The position numbers and the translations under genes are program-made. A DNA stretch of 51,807 nucleotides, from NCBI GenBank assembly GCA_038817835.1, contig JAWAZI010000005.1, forward strand, positions 1 to 51,807. Direction: 5' to 3'. Position 1 is the stretch's first letter; each line of letters begins with the position of its first letter. This document shows positions 36,555 through 46,328 of this stretch, piece by piece. The notes beneath the pieces were generated by a model, which was not told where the DNA came from, searched no databases, and saw nothing but the letters and a program-made list of their open reading frames with translations. Source of the stretch: Candidatus Pacearchaeota archaeon. GTDB taxonomy: Archaea > Nanobdellota > Nanobdellia > Pacearchaeales > JAPDKA01.

Positions 36555-38021
36555 ATGGTGAGTGAAGATAAATTAAAAATTATAAAAAAAATTTCAGATA
36601 CTGTTTGGGAAATTCCAAAAAGTTATAAAGGTTTTATGAGGGTTCCTGGAAGAATAATTGCTAATCAAAAATTGCTCTTAGAGATGGACGATGCTGTTAT
36701 TGAACAAACAGCAAATGTAGCATCTTTGCCAGGAATTGTTGGTTATAGCTTTGCAATGCCAGATGCCCATTGGGGATATGGTTTTCCTATTGGTGGTGTT
36801 GCAGCTTTTGATGTTAATAATGGTGGAGTAATAAGTCCTGGTGGTATAGGTTTTGATATTAATTGTGGTATGAGATTAGTTAGAACTGATCTAACAATTG
36901 ATGATGTTAAACCTAAAATTAAAGAATTAATAGATAATTTATTTGAGAGAGTTCCATGTGGGGTTGGTAGTAAAGGATTTTTAAAACTTAATAAGCAAGA
37001 ATTTAAACAACTTTGTGAAGAAGGGGCTTTATGGATAGTAGATAAAGGTTTTGGTTGGAAAGAAGATTTGGAAACAACTGAGGAAAATGGTTGTATGGAA
37101 GGAGCAGATGCTAATAAAGTTAGTGAAAAAGCAATAGAGAGAGGCATAGACCAAGTTGGTACTCTTGGTAGTGGAAATCATTATTTAGAAATTCAATGGT
37201 TAAAACCAGAAAATATTTTTGATGAAAAACTAGCTAAAAAATGGGGACTTTTTCCAAATCAAGTTGTTATTATGTTTCATTGTGGCTCTAGAGGTTTTGG
37301 GCATCAAGTTGCAAGTGATTATTTACAAATATTTTTGAGAGTTATGGAAAGTAAATATGGAATAAAAATATTAGATAGAGAACTTGCAGCAGCTCCTTTT
37401 TATAGTAAGGAAGGACAAGATTATTTTGCTGCAATGAAATGTGCAATGAATATGAGTTTTGCAAATAGACAATTAATTTTGCATAGAATTAGAGAAGTTT
37501 TTGAGAAAGTTTTTAAAAAAGATGCTGAAAGTTTAGGAATAAAGCAAGTTTATGATGTTGCTCATAATTCTGCAAAATTAGAAAAGCATGAATATAATGG
37601 AAATAAAATTGATTTACTAGTGCATAGAAAAGGAGCAACAAGAGCTTTTGTTGCAGGAATGAAAGAAATTCCGAAAAAATATATTGATGATGGGCAGCCA
37701 GTAATTATAGGTGGTTCTATGGAAACAGGGAGCTATTTGCTAGTTGCTTTACCAAAAGCAAAAGAAACTTTTTATAGTACTGCACATGGTTCTGGAAGAA
37801 CTATGAGTAGAGAAAAAGCAAAGAAAATTGTAAAAGGAAAAGAATTAATTGAGAAATTAGAAAAAAGAGGAATTTATGTTAGAGCTGTTAGTTATTCTGG
37901 TGTAGCAGAGGAAGCAGGATTAGCTTATAAAAATATTGATGAAGTTGCAGAAGTTACAGAACTTGCAGGAATAAGTAAAAGAATAGCCAAGCTTATACCT
38001 ATAGGAAATATAAAAGGTTAA
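36555..38021 (+). CDS. rtcB: RNA-splicing/repair ligase RtcB
   Basis: MPDAHWGYGFPIG, DINCG, GSGNHY, HCGSRG, YDVAHN, HRKGAT, HGSGR; no intein. Confidence 0.97.
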   Translation: MVSEDKLKIIKKISDTVWEIPKSYKGFMRVPGRIIANQKLLLEMDDAVIEQTANVASLPGIVGYSFAMPDAHWGYGFPIGGVAAFDVNNGGVISPGGIGFDINCGMRLVRTDLTIDDVKPKIKELIDNLFERVPCGVGSKGFLKLNKQEFKQLCEEGALWIVDKGFGWKEDLETTEENGCMEGADANKVSEKAIERGIDQVGTLGSGNHYLEIQWLKPENIFDEKLAKKWGLFPNQVVIMFHCGSRGFGHQVASDYLQIFLRVMESKYGIKILDRELAAAPFYSKEGQDYFAAMKCAMNMSFANRQLILHRIREVFEKVFKKDAESLGIKQVYDVAHNSAKLEKHEYNGNKIDLLVHRKGATRAFVAGMKEIPKKYIDDGQPVIIGGSMETGSYLLVALPKAKETFYSTAHGSGRTMSREKAKKIVKGKELIEKLEKRGIYVRAVSYSGVAEEAGLAYKNIDEVAEVTELAGISKRIAKLIPIGNIKG

Positions 38022-38025
38022 TAAT

Positions 38026-38181
38026 TTATCTTGTCCACTTTAATTTTTTAGGATTTCTTCCAAGAAAAAAATTTTTTCTACATTTACTAGAGCAAAACCA
38101 CATTACCTTACCATCTTTTTTAACATACATTAATCCATAACCTTTTCTTATTTCTTTATTACAAAAAATACATTTTGCCAT
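38026..38181 (-). CDS. rpl24e: 50S ribosomal protein L24e (51 aa); not in ORF track
   Basis: Manual translation MAKCIFCNKEIRKGYGLMYVKKDGKVMWFCSSKCRKNFFLGRNPKKLKWTR*. Confidence 0.95.
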   Translation of the reverse strand: MAKCIFCNKEIRKGYGLMYVKKDGKVMWFCSSKCRKNFFLGRNPKKLKWTR

Positions 38182-38183
38182 AT

Positions 38184-38435
38184 TTAAGTTTGTATACCTT
38201 TAGTTATTTTACTTTTTATTTTTCTAGCTTCAATTTCAGTTTCTCTTAACATTAATATATCTTTTAATTGTACTGGTCCCTTAACATTTCTTCTTATTAA
38301 ATTACCTTTATTTGGTCCTGCAAGAATTCTTACGCGGACTTGAGTTAGTTCACCTCTAAAACCAGTTCTTCCTATAATTTCCTCTACAATTGCTGGATAT
38401 GATTCTTCAATTTTCTTTTTTTCTTCTTTTTTCAT
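38184..38435 (-). CDS. rps28e: 30S ribosomal protein S28e
   Basis: [31 protein letters not shown]. Confidence 0.96.
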   Translation of the reverse strand: MKKEEKKKIEESYPAIVEEIIGRTGFRGELTQVRVRILAGPNKGNLIRRNVKGPVQLKDILMLRETEIEARKIKSKITKGIQT

Positions 38436-38445
38436 CTAGAAAAAT

Positions 38446-38760
38446 TTAAATTTTTTTGAGAAATTCATTAACTATATCTTCTGCTTTTCCAAAATCAATC
38501 ACTGCTATACTTGAAGCTGCAACATTTAATCCTGCTGCAATTCCAAGTTTGTCTTTACTATCAACTTCAATACACTTTATCCCTTTTTCCTTACATAAAA
38601 TTGGTATATGCTGAACAATTTCTTTAGGATTTACATCTTTTGCATAGAATACTAATTTAGCTATATTTCTTTCTATTGCTTTTGTAGTTTCATTGCTACC
38701 TTTTTTTATTTTTCCTCCAGCTTTTCTTATTTCTTCAATTATTTCATATACAGACACCAT
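38446..38760 (-). CDS. rpl7ae: 50S ribosomal protein L7Ae
   Basis: IKKGSNETTKAIER, AKDVNP, LGIAAGL; precedes S28e-L24e. Confidence 0.95.
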   Translation of the reverse strand: MVSVYEIIEEIRKAGGKIKKGSNETTKAIERNIAKLVFYAKDVNPKEIVQHIPILCKEKGIKCIEVDSKDKLGIAAGLNVAASSIAVIDFGKAEDIVNEFLKKI

Positions 38761-38875
38761 TTTCTATATTTTTCAGTATTTATCTATTTTTAAAAAATAT
38801 AGATTTAAAAATATTTTGTTAATAAAAAATTAAAAAAATTTAAAATTTAAATTTTATTAAGTTTGAAATAAAATA

Positions 38876-40090
38876 ATGAGGGTAATAAGATGTAAACTTT
38901 GTAATCAATTAGGGCATAAAACTTATGAATGCCCTATTGCTAGGGAGTTTTATAAATATAATCCAAAGATTGGTTATAGTTTTTCTGGATCAAGTCCTCC
39001 AGAAATTTTTGTTGGTAGATATGGATATCCAAATGTTTTTGTTGGCATTCTTGCTCCAAATGAGTATGGTGAAACTGAAAAATTTAGCATGCCAGAACTT
39101 TGGTTTAAATATGGTTTTAACATTAAAGATATATTAGAACATAGGAGTAAATTAATTTATTCTAGAATAATTGTTAATATAAAAAATAAAAAAAATAAAA
39201 ATCTCGAAGTAATGCAAGAAATTTCTCTTTCATCTAGACATGTTGATGCAAGTTTTGAGTTAGAGAAAAAACCAAAAAATAAGATAATAACAAATTCTTT
39301 TTGGCCTATTATTGGGAATCCAGCCTCTTTGAAGCAAGTAAAGCTTGAAAGTAATCCAAAGGTTGAGAGAAAAGTTGAATATCTTATTGAAGATTATGAT
39401 ATTAAAGCGAGTGATGCTATTTTAGAACTTTATAAAGCAAAAATAAATATAAGCACAATAATAAAAATTTTGACTGCAGGACTTTTAGGCTTAAAAATTC
39501 AGAGAAAACTTGTACCAACTAGATGGGCTGTAACCACAGTTGATGATATAATAAGTAAAAAAATTATTGAGAAAATTAAAAATTATAAAATTATTAATGA
39601 GTTTAGAGTTTTTTATGCAGAATATTTAGGAAATCATTATGAAATAATTCTATTTCCAACAAATTGGAGTTTTGAAGTTATTGAAGCAAAAATGCAAGAG
39701 CATTTATGGAATAAAGATTGTCCATTTATAGCAGTTGATTATGAAAATTATTTTGGAAGAAAAAAATATGCAAGTAATGTTACAGGAGCTTATTATGCTA
39801 ATAGACTTGCTGTTGCTGAATATTTGGAAAAAATAAAGAGGCAAGCAGCAGCATTAATTTTAAGAGAAGTTAAACCAAGCTATTATGCTCCTTGTGGTGT
39901 TGGAATTTTAAGAGAGGCATGCAGATATGCTTTAAGCAAAAAGGCAGAAATTTTTGATAGTTTGGAGGAAGCATTAGAAAGAGTTTCTGAAAGAATGGAA
40001 CTCGATATAAAAATTTTTGTTAATAATAGTTGGTTAATAAAAAAATTTAAGGAACAAAAAAGCTTAAAATATTTTACCAAAAAATTTTAA
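38876..40090 (+). CDS. nreA: PCNA-interacting DNA repair protein Nre
   Basis: GSSPPEIFVGRYGYP, RKLVPTRWAVT, YLGNHY, GAYYANRLAV, YYAPCGV; C-terminal PIP QKSLKYF. Confidence 0.9.
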   Translation: MRVIRCKLCNQLGHKTYECPIAREFYKYNPKIGYSFSGSSPPEIFVGRYGYPNVFVGILAPNEYGETEKFSMPELWFKYGFNIKDILEHRSKLIYSRIIVNIKNKKNKNLEVMQEISLSSRHVDASFELEKKPKNKIITNSFWPIIGNPASLKQVKLESNPKVERKVEYLIEDYDIKASDAILELYKAKINISTIIKILTAGLLGLKIQRKLVPTRWAVTTVDDIISKKIIEKIKNYKIINEFRVFYAEYLGNHYEIILFPTNWSFEVIEAKMQEHLWNKDCPFIAVDYENYFGRKKYASNVTGAYYANRLAVAEYLEKIKRQAAALILREVKPSYYAPCGVGILREACRYALSKKAEIFDSLEEALERVSERMELDIKIFVNNSWLIKKFKEQKSLKYFTKKF

Positions 40091-40129
40091 AAATAGAGTA
40101 ACATATAAAATAAAAAGAGAAATTTTAAA

Positions 40130-40852
40130 ATGGTAGATGCTGAATTTCAAGGACAATTGATGGGATATGATAGGGCTAGTACTTTATTCAGCCCAGAAGG
40201 AAGGATTTTTCAAGTTGAATATGCAGAGAAAACTGTTAGATTAGGTGCAAGTAGTATAGGTTTTATTTGCAAAGATGGTGTTGCTATTGTTGCAGATAAA
40301 AGATTAATAGATCCTCTTTTAGTTGGCAAATCTATTTTTAAAATTCATGAAATTGATGATCACATAATTGCAAGTTTTGCAGGAATTTTGTCTGATGGCA
40401 GGATTTTAATAGAAAGAGCTCAATTATATGCACAACAACATAAAGTTACTTATAATGAAGATATAGATGTTGAAAGTGTTGCAAGAGATATTGCAAATAT
40501 AAAACAAGCTTATACTCAATATGGGGGAGTAAGACCTTTTGGTGTTGAGATAATTTTTGCTGGAATAAATGTTGATGGAAGTAAAAAACTTTATGTTACA
40601 GATGTTACTGGCAATTATAATGCTTATAAAGCTATTGCAATAGGAGAAAATGATGAAAAAATTAAAGAAATTTTAAGAAAAGAATATAGAGAAGATATGA
40701 CAATAAAAGATGCTATAAAATTAGCAATAAAAATTTTCAAAAAATTTCTTGGGAAAGATTTTAATTACGAAAGATTAGATATTGCTTATATTGATGAAAA
40801 AAGAAAAGTAAAAAGAATTAGCCCAAAAGAAGCTGAAGAAAATTTTAAATGA
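40130..40852 (+). CDS. psmA: Proteasome alpha subunit
   Basis: GYDRASTLFSPEGRIFQVEYA, GGVRPFGV. Confidence 0.97.
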   Translation: MVDAEFQGQLMGYDRASTLFSPEGRIFQVEYAEKTVRLGASSIGFICKDGVAIVADKRLIDPLLVGKSIFKIHEIDDHIIASFAGILSDGRILIERAQLYAQQHKVTYNEDIDVESVARDIANIKQAYTQYGGVRPFGVEIIFAGINVDGSKKLYVTDVTGNYNAYKAIAIGENDEKIKEILRKEYREDMTIKDAIKLAIKIFKKFLGKDFNYERLDIAYIDEKRKVKRISPKEAEENFK

Positions 40853-41559
40853 GAAGTGTAGCTAGATTAAAAAAATTAAATAAAGATTTTGAAATAATTC
40901 TTGAAGATGTAGAGAAAGCATTAGAACTAAAAGAAAAACTAGGAAAGATAGATGATAAATATTTTATTGAGCAAATGCGTTTACTTAGCCCTAGTTTAAT
41001 GGTTTTTATTGATGAAAAAAAAGGATTGAAACCAACAAAGCAAGATCTTGAACAAGCTTTTGGTACAACAGATTTTTTTAAAATTGCAAAAGAGATATTG
41101 AAAGATGGAGAAATAGTTTTGCCTGCAGAATATAGAAAAAAAATTAGAGAAGAAAAATTAAAACAAGTAATAGCTTGGCTTTCAAGAAATGCCATAGATC
41201 CTAGAACAAAATCTTTACATACTCCAGAAAGAATAGAAGCAGCAATAAAACAAGCAGGAATTAAGATTGATGAGTTTAAACCAGTTGAATTACAAATGCA
41301 TACCATAATAAATCAATTAAGTAGAATATTACCTATAAAAATTGAAATTAGGAAAATAGAAATAACAATTCCTTCAATGTTTACTGGGAAAGCTTATAAT
41401 TTAATATCAAAATTTAATAAAATTAGTGAGGAATGGTTAGATGATGGAAGTTTAAAAGTTATTTTGACTTTACCTTCAGCATTAATGCCTGAATTTTTTG
41501 ATAAGCTAAATAAAACAACAAGTGGAACTGCATTAACAAAAGATCTTGGTGAAGTTTAA
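40849..41559 (+). CDS. SBDS/SDO1 ribosome maturation factor
   Basis: ARLKK..FEI, AFGTTD, IDPRTKSLHTPERIE; between psmA and rrp4. Confidence 0.93.
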   Translation: MRSVARLKKLNKDFEIILEDVEKALELKEKLGKIDDKYFIEQMRLLSPSLMVFIDEKKGLKPTKQDLEQAFGTTDFFKIAKEILKDGEIVLPAEYRKKIREEKLKQVIAWLSRNAIDPRTKSLHTPERIEAAIKQAGIKIDEFKPVELQMHTIINQLSRILPIKIEIRKIEITIPSMFTGKAYNLISKFNKISEEWLDDGSLKVILTLPSALMPEFFDKLNKTTSGTALTKDLGEV

Positions 41560-41645
41560 TTTTTTTATTTTCCATAAAATTTAAAAATATTCAAATTATT
41601 AAAAAGAGATTGGAGAAGAAAAAATAAATATTTATTAATTAACAT

Positions 41646-42332
41646 ATGGAAGAGATTAAAGAAAAAACAGAAAGAAGGGTTGTAGTTCCTGGAGAAATTG
41701 TTGTTAGTGGTTATGAGTATTTGCCATCTGAAGGTTGTATAAGAGAAGAAGAAAATATTATAGCTATAAGATATGGATTAGTTAATATAGAGAATAATTT
41801 AGTAAAAATAATTCCTTTGACAGGAGTTTATATTCCAAGAGTTGGAAATATAGTAATAGGACAAATAAAAGATATTGTTTTTAATGGTTGGATTGTAGAT
41901 ATATTTGCTCCACATTTGGCTTTTTTAGGAATAAATGAGTGTAATACATTTATAGATAAAGAAGACCTATCCGCTTACTATGATGTTAATGATATAATTA
42001 TAGCTAAAATAAAAGCTATACAACCAAGAGCAATAACATTAACATTAAAAGAAAGAGGATTGGGAAAAATAAGTGAAGGTTTACTAATTAAGGTTGGTCC
42101 TGCAAAAGTTCCGAGGATAATTGGTAAGGCTGGAAGTATGATAAATACAATAAAAGAAGCAACAAATGCTAAAATAATAGTTGGGCAGAATGGATTAATA
42201 TGGATTAAAGCTGATGAGATGGAGAAAGAACTTGCAGCTAAAGAAGCAATTGAACTTATTGCAGAAAATCCTTTATTAGATGGATTAACAGAAAAAATAA
42301 AAAAATTTTTAGAAGAAAAATTAAAAAAATAA
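41646..42332 (+). CDS. rrp4: Exosome RNA-binding subunit Rrp4
   Basis: VVPGE, YIPRVG S1 domain, KVPRIIGKAGSM KH domain, GQNGLIW. Confidence 0.95.
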   Translation: MEEIKEKTERRVVVPGEIVVSGYEYLPSEGCIREEENIIAIRYGLVNIENNLVKIIPLTGVYIPRVGNIVIGQIKDIVFNGWIVDIFAPHLAFLGINECNTFIDKEDLSAYYDVNDIIIAKIKAIQPRAITLTLKERGLGKISEGLLIKVGPAKVPRIIGKAGSMINTIKEATNAKIIVGQNGLIWIKADEMEKELAAKEAIELIAENPLLDGLTEKIKKFLEEKLKK

Positions 42333-42333
42333 A

Positions 42334-43047
42334 ATGGTATATGAAAAAAGATTTGATGGTAGAAATTTTGATGAATTAAGACCTATAAGAGCAGAAGTTG
42401 GAGTAATAAATAATGCTGATGGTTCAGCTTTATTTGGTTTTGGTGATACAATTGCTATTGCAGCTGTTTATGGGCCAAGACAACTTTATCCTCAACATTT
42501 ACAAAATCCTGAAAGAGCATTATTGAGATGTTATTATGATATGTTATCCTTTAGTGTAGCTGAAAGAAAAAAACCAGGTCCTTCTAGAAGAACAATAGAG
42601 ATAAGTGATGTAACAACAAAAGCTTTAATGCCAGCTTTGATGCTTGAAAAATTTCAAAACTGTGTTATAGATGTTTATATTCAAATAATTCAAGCAAATG
42701 CTTCTACAAGAACAGCAGGTATTAATGCTGCGAGTATGGCATTAGCTCATGCTGGTCTACCAATGAAAGATCTTGTTGTTAGTCTTTCTTGTGGGAAAGT
42801 TGGGGATAAATTGGTTTTAGATTTAATAAAAGAAGAAGAAGATTATAAAGAAAATGGAAAAAAAATGGCTACAGATATTGCTTTAGCAATGCTTGCAAAA
42901 ACAAAGAAAATATGTTTATTGCAATTAGATGGAGATATAAAGAAAGATGAACTTTTAAAAGTTTTAAATATGGCTAAAAAGGCTACTAATCAAATATATC
43001 AAGCACAAGTTAAAGCATTAAAAGAAATAAAATTTAAGCAAATATAA
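42334..43047 (+). CDS. rrp41: Exosome core subunit Rrp41
   Basis: RFDGRNFDELRPI, ADGSA, VYGPR, SRRTIE; QANASTR variant of QADAGTR. Confidence 0.95.
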   Translation: MVYEKRFDGRNFDELRPIRAEVGVINNADGSALFGFGDTIAIAAVYGPRQLYPQHLQNPERALLRCYYDMLSFSVAERKKPGPSRRTIEISDVTTKALMPALMLEKFQNCVIDVYIQIIQANASTRTAGINAASMALAHAGLPMKDLVVSLSCGKVGDKLVLDLIKEEEDYKENGKKMATDIALAMLAKTKKICLLQLDGDIKKDELLKVLNMAKKATNQIYQAQVKALKEIKFKQI

Positions 43048-43048
43048 A

Positions 43049-43867
43049 ATGGAAGTATCAAGGGTGATGAAAAAAACTTTAATAGAGTTAATTAAACAAA
43101 ATAAAAGATTAGATAATAGAAAGCTAGATGAATTTAGAGATATAAATGTAACTTTAAATGTAAGTAAAAAAAGTGAAGGAAGTGCAATGGTTGAAATAGG
43201 AAAAACAAAAGTTATTGCTGGTGTTAAAATAGATATAGCAACCCCTTTTCAAGATTCTCCAGATGAAGGAATACTTATTGTTAATGCAGAGTTTTTACCT
43301 TTAGCTTATAGTGAATTTGAAGCTGGTCCTCCAGGAACAGAGGCCATAGAATTAGCTAGAATTGTTGATAGAGGAATAAGAGAAAGTAATTTTATAGATT
43401 TAAAGAAATTATGTTTAGAAAAAGATAAGTGGGTATATGAAATTTTTATTGATATTTATATTTTAAATCATGATGGAAATTTAATTGATGCAAGTTTTCT
43501 TGCTAGTGTTGCTGCTTTATTAAATGCTTTTCTACCAAAAATAGAAAAAAAAGATGATGGCTATAAAGTTATATATGGAGAAAAAACTAATGAAAAAATA
43601 CCTTTAAAAGAAGAAATTCCATGCTTAATTACTGCTTATAAATTAGGAGATATAATTTTTTTTGATCCAAATTTAATAGAGGAAAATGCATCTGAAGCAT
43701 TGGTTAGTGTAGTTTATACTTTTAATAAAGAATCAAGAATCCATGCTTTACAAAAATTGGGAGAAGGAATTATTGATGAGAAGGAAATAGAAGAAATACT
43801 AGCAAGAAGTGAAATTATTGGTAGAAATTTGATAAAAAATTTTTTAAGTAAAATAAAGAATTTATAA
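43049..43867 (+). CDS. rrp42: Exosome core subunit Rrp42
   Basis: [33 protein letters not shown]. Confidence 0.95.
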   Translation: MEVSRVMKKTLIELIKQNKRLDNRKLDEFRDINVTLNVSKKSEGSAMVEIGKTKVIAGVKIDIATPFQDSPDEGILIVNAEFLPLAYSEFEAGPPGTEAIELARIVDRGIRESNFIDLKKLCLEKDKWVYEIFIDIYILNHDGNLIDASFLASVAALLNAFLPKIEKKDDGYKVIYGEKTNEKIPLKEEIPCLITAYKLGDIIFFDPNLIEENASEALVSVVYTFNKESRIHALQKLGEGIIDEKEIEEILARSEIIGRNLIKNFLSKIKNL

Positions 43868-43868
43868 A

Positions 43869-44216
43869 ATGGAAAAAGAAAATTACACAAAATATGAAAT
43901 TGCAAGAATTATAGCTGCTAGAGCTTTGCAATTATCTATGAATGCCCCAATATTATTAAAAATACCAAAAGAAAAATTAGAAGAAATTAATTACGATGTA
44001 ATAAAAATTGCTGAGATGGAATTTAATGCAGGAGTACTACCTTTTACAATTAGAAGACCACTTCCTATAAAACAAAAATTAGAGAAAATTAAAGAAGAAA
44101 TTGGAGAAATAGAAGAATATCCAGAAGAAGCTGTAGAGGAAATGCTTGAAACTGTTGTGGAAGAAGAAGTAGAAGAAGAAATTAAAGAAATAGCGGAGGG
44201 AACATATGAAGAATAA
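43869..44216 (+). CDS. rpo6: RNA polymerase subunit Rpo6 (K) with acidic C-terminal tail
   Basis: [30 protein letters not shown]; E-rich last 35 aa. Confidence 0.93.
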   Translation: MEKENYTKYEIARIIAARALQLSMNAPILLKIPKEKLEEINYDVIKIAEMEFNAGVLPFTIRRPLPIKQKLEKIKEEIGEIEEYPEEAVEEMLETVVEEEVEEEIKEIAEGTYEE

Positions 44217-44221
44217 TTTTT

Positions 44222-45436
44222 ATGAATATAAACTGGATAAAAGCTCATAAAATTTTAGACTCAAGAGGGAAAGAAACAATAGAAGTAATTATAAATTTAG
44301 ATAATAAAATTTTTAAAGCATCAGCTCCAAGTGGAACTTCTAAAAGTAAAAAAGAAGTTAGAGATTTTTCTTTTAAAGGCATTAATTATAGTATAGAACT
44401 TATAGAAAAAATTGGTAAAGAAATAATTGATTATGGCATTAAAATTAATGAATTCAATGATTTAAAAAAAGTTGAAGATATAATAAAAAAGTATGATCCA
44501 ACTAATGATCTTCATATTATAGGTGGTAATGCAGTTTATGCTTTAGAAGCAGCATTAATTAAATCTTTTTCAAGTGCAAATAATATTGATGTTTGGAGAT
44601 TTTTATCAGATAGTAAGATAAAGCCCAATATAAGGCCTATAGGAAATTGTATTGGGGGTGGAAAACATACAGAAATTTCAAATAAGCCCGAATTTCAAGA
44701 ATTTTTAGTTATACCTAAAACAAAAAAATTTTTTGAATCATGCTTTATAATGAATCAAGCTTATAAAAAAGCTAAAGAGATTCTAGAAAGGATGAATAAA
44801 TTTGTTGGATTAACAATAGAGAATTCTTTAGTTGCGAAGATGAATAATGAGGAAATATTAGATTTACTTATAGAAGTTAAAGAAAATATTAAAGAAAATT
44901 TTGATATAAGCTTAGATATTGGCATAGATGTTGCTGCAAATAATTTTTTTGTTAATAATGTTTATGAGTATAAAACTAAAATGCAAAAATTAAGTGCATC
45001 TAGACAGTTAGAATATATTTACAATTTAATAAAAAAATATAATTTGTTTTATGTTGAGGATCCTTTTCATGAAGATGATTTTGAAAGTTTTGGAAAACTA
45101 TTAAAATTAACTAACTCTCTTATTGTTGGTGATGATCTAACTGCTACAAATCATGAAATAATAAAAAAAGCTATAGAAAAAAAAGCAATTAATGCTGTTA
45201 TAATTAAACCAAATCAAGTAGGAAGTTTAATAAAAACAAAAATGGCTGTTGATATTGCAAAAAAATATGGTATTAATTGCATAATAAGCCATAGAAGTGG
45301 AGAAACTATGGATGATTTTATAGCAGATTTAGCAATTGCTTGGAAAATTCCATTTATAAAAACAGGAATAATTGGGAAAGAGAGAGAAATTAAATTGAGG
45401 AGAATAATAAATATAGAAAAAATATTAAATTTTTAA
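44222..45436 (+). CDS. eno: Enolase, divergent
   Basis: ILDSRG, APSGTS, GGGKH, QEF, DVAA, VEDPF, VGDDL, IKPNQVG, SHRSGET, IKTG. Confidence 0.9.
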   Translation: MNINWIKAHKILDSRGKETIEVIINLDNKIFKASAPSGTSKSKKEVRDFSFKGINYSIELIEKIGKEIIDYGIKINEFNDLKKVEDIIKKYDPTNDLHIIGGNAVYALEAALIKSFSSANNIDVWRFLSDSKIKPNIRPIGNCIGGGKHTEISNKPEFQEFLVIPKTKKFFESCFIMNQAYKKAKEILERMNKFVGLTIENSLVAKMNNEEILDLLIEVKENIKENFDISLDIGIDVAANNFFVNNVYEYKTKMQKLSASRQLEYIYNLIKKYNLFYVEDPFHEDDFESFGKLLKLTNSLIVGDDLTATNHEIIKKAIEKKAINAVIIKPNQVGSLIKTKMAVDIAKKYGINCIISHRSGETMDDFIADLAIAWKIPFIKTGIIGKEREIKLRRIINIEKILNF

Positions 45437-45457
45437 AATATAGAAATATTATTTATT

Positions 45458-46321
45458 ATGCTTGAATTTTTGATAAATCCAAAAAAAGCTGAGAAAAAAC
45501 CTTGGGAAATGTTTTTTATAGGCTTATTATATTCTAGTTTGTCAATTTTATTAGCAAATTTTATTTTTGCAAAAAATGAAATTTTTAATAAATATTTAAG
45601 TATATTTATTATACTTTTTACAGTTATGTTCTGTTTGCCATTTGTTTATTATTTGATTTTATATGAAGAAAAAAAAGATATAAAAATAAAAAAAGAAAGA
45701 AAAATACTTAAAGAGCATGGTAAAGCTATTTTTGCTTTTATTTTTTTATTTTTTGGTTTAACTTTAGGATTTGCTTTTTTTTCTTTTGTTTTACCAAGAG
45801 ATATTGCAAAATTAAATTTTGAAAGTCAAATGAATACTTATTGTAGTATTAATATGCCTTATGATATAAAAAGTTGTATAGATTATTTAAGTGAAGGAAA
45901 AATTTATTTATTAAGGCCAAATTTTTCTTTTTCTTTAATTAATAGATTTTTTTCTATTTTTATTAACAATCTTTTTGTTTTATTTTTTTGTTTATTTTTT
46001 AGTTTTGTTTTTGGTGCAGGTGCAATTTTTATAATTGCATGGAATGCTAGTGTTTTGGGTGTTGCTATTTCAAGCTTAGCCAAAACTAAAAATTTTGGCT
46101 TAGCAATTTTGCATTATAGCTTGCATGGAATTCCTGAAATGGCTGCTTATTTTGTTGGAGCCCTTGCTGGAGGAATAATAAGTGCTTCAGTAATACGACA
46201 TGATTATAAAAGTAAAGAATTTTGGATTATATTGCAGGATAGTATTGATTTAATTATAATATCAATTTTATTACTTATAATAGCAGCTTTGATAGAAATT
46301 TTTATAAGCCCATTTATCTAG
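45458..46321 (+). CDS. SpoIIM/DUF95 family membrane protein
   Basis: IFINNL, WNASVLG, HGIPEMAAY, AALIE. Confidence 0.8.
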   Translation: MLEFLINPKKAEKKPWEMFFIGLLYSSLSILLANFIFAKNEIFNKYLSIFIILFTVMFCLPFVYYLILYEEKKDIKIKKERKILKEHGKAIFAFIFLFFGLTLGFAFFSFVLPRDIAKLNFESQMNTYCSINMPYDIKSCIDYLSEGKIYLLRPNFSFSLINRFFSIFINNLFVLFFCLFFSFVFGAGAIFIIAWNASVLGVAISSLAKTKNFGLAILHYSLHGIPEMAAYFVGALAGGIISASVIRHDYKSKEFWIILQDSIDLIIISILLLIIAALIEIFISPFI

Positions 46322-46328
46322 AATTTTT

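Noticed and set aside
8952-38021. Inteins in polB, rgy or rtcB, or the LAGLIDADG ORF as an intein or intron remnant in place
   Set aside because: Host proteins have normal length with contiguous motifs; no splice-junction residues flank the LAGLIDADG ORF
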